A model generated the notes under the pieces. It had not been told where the DNA came from, ran no database searches, and worked only from the letters and a program-made list of their open reading frames with translations. A stretch of DNA of 64,000 nucleotides from Eledone cirrhosa. Lineage: Eukaryota. Location of the stretch: the NCBI GenBank assembly GCA_964016885.1, contig OZ024757.1, positions 8,680,001 to 8,744,000 on the forward strand, written 5' to 3'. How positions within the stretch are numbered: the stretch's first letter is position 1; the number at the start of each line of letters is the position of its first letter. The translations under genes were made by a program, and so were the position numbers. Of this stretch, positions 56,366 to 64,000 are shown in pieces.

Positions 56366-59300
56366 AGCAGCGGTGTAAGCTCTCTGAGCTTTTTCCATCC
56401 CGTTCTAACTCTGGCTACTACACTTTCAGATCACCCTCCACCACTGCTGATTTTGTCACCCAGGCAACAGAAAGTGTCCACTATTTCTATAGAACCATCT
56501 GGGCAGTAGAAGGTGCTAGTATCCTGTGGATACTTGCTGCTTATTTCACATGAGCATCAGCCACATATAAAATCTACATTCTTAGATAGCTTACCTGTGA
56601 TCTCACTACATCTTTTATGTACCCATAGTTTGCATTTGGGACATAGAATGGAATTTATACCTACTCCTTTCCTACACACTGAGCATGGCACCAGTGCCCT
56701 ATTTTCTTTTCTACATAGTAGACTTTAATCTTAGACAAGTTAACTTTAAGGCCTTTTGATTCAAGGCTATGCCTGCATTTTTGGAATTTCTTCTGTAGTT
56801 CAGCCATAGATCCAGCTATGAGAGTTAGATCATCTGCATATAGAGGTTCCCATGGGCAGCTGGTCTTAAACCCTTCTGATATAGCCTGCAGGGAAATAAT
56901 AAACAGGAGGAAGCTAAGAAGCCTTGCTGAACACCTACTTTTACACTAAACTCTTCACTATATTCATTGTTAATTCTAACCTTGCTGACAGTTTCTATAT
57001 ACATGGCTTGTATAGCTCTCAAAAGCCATTCATCTCCTCCTACATTTCTAAGGGCCCACCAGATAATGGAGCGGGAGACTCTGTCAAAGGCTTTCTCCAA
57101 GTCAACAAAAGCTAAGTATAAGGGGTTTACTTTTAGCTAGGTACTTGTCCTGTAGTTGCTGTACAGGAAAAGAGCGTCTGTGGTACTTTTACCTGGCACG
57201 AACCCAAACTGCATTTCATCTAGATCAATTCTGTCTCTGATTAGTTGTGCTATAACTCTTTCTGTGACCTTCATGACCTGGTCAACTACCTTAATGCCTC
57301 TATAGTTTCCCCTATCTAGAACATCCCCTTTAACCTTGTAGCATTTAATGATGATGCTGCTAAGCCAGTCATATGGTATGACCTCATTCTGTATTAATTG
57401 GTTTACTATCTGTGTGACCATAGTATGTCCCACTATTCCAGATGCTTTCAACATCTCAACAACTATCTCCAAAGGCCCAGCTGCCTTGCCCGTCTTCATA
57501 TCTTTGATTGCCTTACTTACTATACTACCATCAACTTGCAACGCTGGTCCCTCTATTAGATCGATTTGGGGCAGAGTATCTTTTTTATATTTATTCTCCT
57601 CTTTTAGTAGTCTCTCGTAGTGACATTTCCAAGCTACCTTCTTATCAGTATCAGTGAGGACAAGTACACCATTATCATTACAGACACACTTCTCCCTGAC
57701 AATATCACGGTTTTCCTTGACACTTTGTTTTGCGATCCTGAACACCTCACGTTGTAGAACATGCTTGAACTTTCTATTCTCTGCTTCCCTTCTTGCAAAG
57801 TACAATTGTCTCCTAGCCACCTAATAGTGTTCTCTACTTTCCCCATCCCACAATACTTTCCAAGCCTCATTGTCTCCTCCACCTCCAAGTTACTCTCCTC
57901 CTGCCTATAGGTCTGCTCCAGCAACAGATTTCATCTGTCGCCTTCAGCAGGTTAACTTTCAAGAATACCCACTGTTCCTCTATATTGTATGTCTCTAATT
58001 GCACCTCTTTACTGTCAAAAGCATTAACTAATATGCTTTTAAATTTGTTACTGGCTGTGAGGTCCTTCAACTTCCATCTTCTCCTCAAGATAGTCCTCCT
58101 CTGTCGTCGAGTACGTCTAGTCCTGACTGTGAGGTCACTAACTACTAAGCTATGTAGGGAGGTGAATTCTTCACAGAGGAGGGACTTAGTGTTTACAACA
58201 GACACTCTGTCATGTCTTCTAGTAAGGATATCGTATATCTGGCTGGCGTGTTTCCCTGATCTACAGGTGATTGTCTCGTTTTTTGAAGTTTGTGTTACAG
58301 ATAGTTAGGTTATTAGCGTCACAAAATTCCAGGATCCTTAAGCCTTCCTCATTTCTAGTACCAAAACCATAGCCTCCATGGATTCCATCATAGCTATCAC
58401 TATGTTGTCCTATGTGACCATTTAGGTCACCAGCAATAATTATGTAGTCACTGAGGTTTATTTGGGAGGAAGTGAACATTAGCAAATCATAGAACCTGTC
58501 TTTTATTACGTCAGGTAGACCAGATTTGGGTGCATAAGTGGATATTATTGTCACAGTTGTTATATTTAGAATTAGTCTTATTTTAATTATTCTGTCGTTC
58601 ACTCTATTTACAGCAATTACCTTATCTACCCATTTCTCTGCTAACATAATTCCTACTCCACCCAGCCCTTTGTCATTTCCCACCCAGAGAGGTTTATAGC
58701 ATCTTTTTTTACCCACAATGAATCTAGCAGACCCACCCCTGCACCGAGTCTATAGAATACACACACATATATATATATGATTTCTATATATCTATACATT
58801 GTTGTTCAAAGGAATGGCTGAAACAGGTTGACACCAATGATGTCACAGCTCATCATTTAATGTCCAATCTGATGAGTTCCACTCCAGTTGCTAAGATCTG
58901 GGATGTTGAGATTTGTTACAAAAAATTACTAAAACCAAGATACTGAGTTGGTATAACTACCTGGTTTGTATGTGGTGTGGTATGTTGTGGTGTGTTGTGG
59001 TATGGTATGTGTTGGATGTGGTGTGTTGGATTGGCATGATGTGTGTCTGTTGTGTGGTGTGTGTGCAGAGTGATGTGTTGTGTGAGTGTAGTGTATAGAG
59101 GAAATTTTACAAACATAGGACCTAGAAGGGTTGTGAGGACTCTACCCCTACAACCCTCTCAGGAATAAATGGGTGAAGAAAAAGAGAAGAAAGTTGTAAA
59201 GTATTTTCAAATGTGAATTATTTTTTTCAAAAGTCATAATTTCAACTGTCATGAAAGTACCATCAACAAATATTAAAGTTATAGAATTGTTTTTATTTAC

Positions 59301-59885
59301 ACATAAATGTGGATATTTTGTCAGATATAAACCAGTTAAGGTTTACAAAATAAACACATAAATCTTTTTTTTTTTAATGATGTAGTCATAGGGGTGTCAC
59401 TGTGGACATTTGAAGCTTGGTGGAGCCCTTCACTCACCAGGTTTGAACAGTTGATTTCTTCTAGAGAATGAGAGAGGAAGAACAGACCCCAGTGGTAGAC
59501 TGGTATTGTTTCTTATCAACCTTGAATGGATGAAAGGCAAAGTTGACCTCAGCAGGATTTAAACTCAGAGAGAAGAGAACCAGAACAAATATGGCAGAAA
59601 GCATTCAATCTATTGTTTTAAAGACTTTAAATAACTGTTTCTACTTTTAACTCAAGGCCAGCAATTGTAAGGGAAGGAGAAAGTTGATTAAATCAACCCC
59701 AGTGGATTACTGGTACTTTTATTTACTGAACCTCTGAGGAAGAAAAGTAAAGCTAACCTCAGCAGGATTTTAATACAGAATGTAAAGGGCTGTAACTATA
59801 TGACACAAAGCATATCGTCTGACACTCTACTGATTCTGCAAATCCCCCACCCTCAACAATGAAATGAGGTGTCTCTATAAGAAAC

Positions 59886-60925
59886 CTTGGGCAGGCGAGA
59901 TAATGGGCAGACAAGGCGAAGGGACAGTTTCAGATTCTCCACGCTGCGAGGGCACTGGAGGCTTCATGCGTCAAGCCATCACAGGTGAGCTGGTGGAAGC
60001 AGCCGCACCCCAAACAGTTCCGGCCCCTCTTCCGTCTATTCGTGGTGCTGCAGGTGATGGAGGAATTTTTTTTTTGGGGGGGGGGGGCACTAAGCGGCAT
60101 CAGGGGTGAGTGGCTGGTTGTCACCAGCCTAGGTGCTAGGCACAACTGTGTGGGTGGAAGGGAAAGTGCTGATAAGAGGGCCTCATAGCTCACCTACGTC
60201 AGATATGGAGGCGTCAGAAGACAAGAGAGAAAAGAAGGGAATGCATGGAGGGGGGGGGGGCACAACAAGGTAGAATGTTAGCAAATAAATAAATGAATGA
60301 ATGGATGAATATACAAAAAAGAAAACAGGGGGTTGTTCCCAGCAGGAAGACCCAGAGTTCAGCACGCACACATGCGAGCATGTTAGCAGTTTCTCATAGA
60401 ACCTTGTGGCTAAAGGTGAGTCTTTCAATCCTGAAAACATATGTGTTGTTGTTATTGTCACTGATGCTGGAGTTGGCTTCCTCTTGTTAATGGTAGTGTT
60501 TGCTGGTATATACACATATGTTGTTGTTGTTAATGTCACCGCTGCCTTTGTCTTGTTGGTGGTGGTGGTAGTGTTTGCTGGTAAGTTGTTGGTGTATACA
60601 CATATGTTGTTGTTAATGTCACCGCTGCTGTCACTGCCTTCCTCTTGTTGATGGTGGTGGTGGTTGAAACTGCTACCTATTCGGGCTGCCAGGCTGGTTG
60701 CTGGGGCTCGAACGCCTTCTTTAACCGAAGATGCGGGGGGTCGTTGTTATTGTCACTGTTTCTGTCGCTGCCTTCCTCTTGTTAATGGTAGTGATAATTG
60801 TTGGTGCTACCTATATCGGCTGTCAAGCTGGCTGCTGTATCAGCTTCTGTGAGTGACGCTCCAATGGCCTTCTTGACCAAAGATGTAGGTCAATGGCTTT
60901 TGGGATCGCTTGGCAACACAACGGC
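59886..60925 (-). mobile_element. Second CRE-like 5' fragment, part of a duplication of ~34360-36570 at ~60098-62085
   Basis: Collinear with 34360-35140; ORF 59930..60193 resembles 34201..34455. Confidence 0.65.
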
Positions 60926-62865
60926 AAATAAATATATTCTCTATTTTTTTTTTCTTTCTTTCTAATCCGATTCAATATCATCAATTGGAAAGACCAATGG
61001 AAACATTGTTTCCTTGGTCCAATCTGATGAGTTCCACTCCACTTGCTAAGTAAGGTCTGAGATGTTGAGATTTATTACAAAAATATCACTAAAATCAAGA
61101 TACTGGGTTGGTATAACTACCTGGTTTGTATGTGTCTGTTGTGGTGTGGTGTGGTGTGTTGTGGTGTTTTGATGTGGTGTGGTGTGGTGTGTTGTGGTGT
61201 GTGTTGTGGTGTGTTGAGGTATGTGGTGGTGTGGTATGTTGTGGTGTGTGGCGTGGTGTGGTATGTGGTGTGTTGTTGTGTGGTGTGTTGTAGTGTGGCA
61301 TGATGTGTGGTGTGTTGTGGTATGTGGTGATGGGGTATGTGGTGGTGTGGTATGTGGTGTGGTATGCAATGTGGTATGGTATGTGTTGTGGTGTGATATG
61401 GCATGATATGGTATGTGGTGTAGTGTCTTGTGGTGTGTGTGTGTGCAAGGTGATGTGTAGTGTAAAGAGGAAATTTTACGCACCTAGGACCTACAAGGGA
61501 TGTGAGGACTCTACCCCCTACAACCCTCTCAGAAATAAATGGGTGAAGAAAAAGAGAAAGTTGTAAAGTATTTTCAAATGTGAATTATTTTTTTAAAAAG
61601 TCAAAATGTCAACTGTCATGAAAGTACCATCCAACACATATTAAAGTTATGCCATTGTTTTTATTTACACATGTGGATATTTTGTCATAAATATAAACCA
61701 GTTAAGGTTTACAAAATAAACACATGAACGTTTTTTTTTTTTTTTAAATGATGTAGTCATAGGGGTGTCACTGGACATTTGAAGCTTGGTGGAGCCCTTC
61801 ACTCTCCAGGTTTGAACAGTTGATTTCTTCCAGAGGAGAGAGAATAAGAGGGAGGAAGTGAGATAGAAATATAGAGAGGAAGAACAGACCCCAGTGATAG
61901 ACTGGTATTGTTTTTTATCAACCTTGAAAGGATGAAAGAAAGTTGACCTCAGCAGGATTTAAACTCAGAGAACAGAGAACGAGAACAAATATGGCAGAAA
62001 ACATTCTATCTATTGTTTTATAGACTTTAAATAAATGTTCTACTTTTAACTCAAGGCCAGCAATTTGAAGAGAAAGGGGAATGTTGTGTGAGCTTAACTC
62101 AAATCGTGAAGACTGGAAGAGGAGATGACGAAGGAGCGCATTTAGTGGAGAGATGTCATGCTAAGAAGGACCCGTCCAACCCATGCAGGCATGGATAGTA
62201 CATGTAATGATGATACACAAAATATACACAATATATATATATAAATAATCAAAATCGCCAACTCGCTATTTCTGGGATGGCTGTTCCCTTCGGTTCCTTC
62301 GGTATAAAGTAACGTTCAAATTTTTCTCGATTCTTCTCTCCATTCGAACCCATTCATTCAATCACTTCTATGTCCTAATTTCACACTATATCATATTTTC
62401 ACCATTCTATATCATATCTTTTCTCTAAAAATCATATTTTCCCTATCACCGCATTTTCTCTATTGTATTTTCTTAAACCAAACAAATCTTGTATTTTCGT
62501 TTATTGTTAAATTATGCCCAAAATACGGCGATCTTATCTTAAACCTTACATTCTCGCTAACAACCCATCATCCCTCCCTCCCGCCCCCACGCACCACCAT
62601 TATTACGTGGACCAATCATAAGTCAGAGGCCCATACTATCGCTTAACTGGTTGCTTTTCGATATGATGGATGGACTACGGAATTCTGGAGAGTTGAAGAG
62701 AGAAAAATGTGGACGCTCAGCGACAATGCCAAAGATAAAGACAAATTCACCTCGTGGACGAGAATGCAAGCACTCCTCCTTGTTTCGGCCCAGGATGGCT
62801 AACATAACCCCATCCCCCACCGCTCCCACCCTCCAAACGCAATCCAAAACTTCAGAGTTGGTACC

Positions 62866-63798
62866 ATGAATGTAGGCACCTTAAAGGGTCGCTCTAACGA
62901 GGTTGTAGAAATGCTTGAACGTAAGGAGGTCGATGTTTGTTGTATTCAAGAGACCAGGTGGAGGGGAGGGTCGGCTAGATTCATCGTGGGTAAAGAACGA
63001 TGCTATAAGCTTTTCTGGGTGGGAAATGACAATGGGTTGGGTGGGGTAGGAATCATGGTAGCAGAAAAGTGGGCAGATAAGATAATAGACGTAAATAGAG
63101 TGAACGACAGAATAATTAAAATAAGACTTGTCCTCAATAAAACTACGGTGACAGTAATATCTGCATACGCACCCCAATCCGGACTGCCCGGCGCTATAAA
63201 AGACAGATTCTACGAGGCACTGATGCTCGCTACCTCCCAAATAACCGACAGTGACTATATAGTTATTGCAGGTGACCTAAATGGTCACGTTGGACAACAT
63301 TGTGACGGCTATGACGGAATCCATGGAGGCTATGGGTTCGGTACTAGAAATGAGGAAGGCTCCAGAATCCTGGAATTCTGCGACGCAAATAACTTAACTA
63401 TCTGTAACACTAACTTCAAAAAACGAGACAATCACTTGCTCACATATAGATCGGGGGAACACACAAGCCAGGTAGATTATATCCTTACCAGAAGACGTGA
63501 CAGAGTGTCTGTTGTTAACACTAAATCCCACCCCCATGAAGAATTCACCTCCCAACATAGACTGATAATTAGCGACCTCATAGTCAGGACGAGACGTACT
63601 AGACAGCGGAAGAGGACTATCCTCAGGAGAAAAATATGGAAGCTAAAGGACCCCATAGCCAGAAATAAATTCCAAAGCATATTACTTGACGCTTTCGACA
63701 GTAAGGAAGAGCAATTAGAGTCGTATAATATAGAGGAACAGTGGGAATTCCTGAGAGCAAACCTGCTGACGAAGTCTGTGGCTGGAGCAGGCCTGTAG
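62866..63798 (+). CDS. APE-type endonuclease domain of an RTE LINE (element ~62620-64000, continuing beyond the window)
   Basis: MNVGTL, IQETRW, SAYAPQ, AGDLNGH, SQVDY and TSQHRL motifs. Frameshift near 63765. 63850-64000 is nearly the exact reverse complement of 49378-49531. Confidence 0.92.
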   Translation: MNVGTLKGRSNEVVEMLERKEVDVCCIQETRWRGGSARFIVGKERCYKLFWVGNDNGLGGVGIMVAEKWADKIIDVNRVNDRIIKIRLVLNKTTVTVISAYAPQSGLPGAIKDRFYEALMLATSQITDSDYIVIAGDLNGHVGQHCDGYDGIHGGYGFGTRNEEGSRILEFCDANNLTICNTNFKKRDNHLLTYRSGEHTSQVDYILTRRRDRVSVVNTKSHPHEEFTSQHRLIISDLIVRTRRTRQRKRTILRRKIWKLKDPIARNKFQSILLDAFDSKEEQLESYNIEEQWEFLRANLLTKSVAGAGL

Positions 63799-64000
63799 GT
63801 AGGAGGAAAGTAACATGGTGGTGGAACAGTAAGGTGGAGGAGTCAATTAAGGCCAAAAAGCAGGCTTGGAAAGTATGGCGGGATGGGGGAAGTAGAGAAG
63901 ACTATCAAGTGGCCAGGAGGGAAGCTAGGAGACAAGTGTACTTCGCAAGAAGGGAAGCAGAGGAAAGAAAGTTCAAGCATGTTCTACAACGTGAGGACCA

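Noticed and set aside
62740-62810. HDV-like ribozyme in the RTE 5' region
   Set aside because: tcctcc and gctaa motifs are present, but I could not build convincing P1/P1.1/P2 pairing by eye. A structure-descriptor search would decide it.

Overview
AT-rich, repeat-dense eukaryotic DNA, most likely octopus/coleoid cephalopod. This is inferred from effector-less [14 protein letters not shown]2H2 arrays, RTE LINEs with (ATG)n tails and tRNA-derived SINEs. The window is part of a C2H2 zinc-finger (ZNF) cluster built from duplicated cassettes of [ZNF exon - leader/acceptor - ETS-motif region - SINE - RTE LINE]. It holds five minus-strand ZNF loci: one 10-finger open ORF (37857-38723), two near-identical damaged paralogues (~3850-4943 and ~51700-52715), one frameshifted pseudogene (12151-13379), and one locus turned into a 19-copy 83-bp finger satellite (17340-19130). 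Plus-strand 80-bp finger-derived satellites also occur. Transposons include RTE LINEs whose RT carries an embedded PHD-type finger, CRE-clade LINE fragments, tandem non-autonomous Helitrons, a Merlin-like TIR element and piggyBac- and mariner-type MITEs. The strongest unannotated signal is four families of short non-coding elements carrying minimal type-I hammerhead ribozyme motifs of the Penelope-associated kind. They sit mostly next to (TA)n tracts in head-to-head inverted repeats. Family D has a U3-A8 compensatory core. All coordinates were read by eye, and element ends are approximate.
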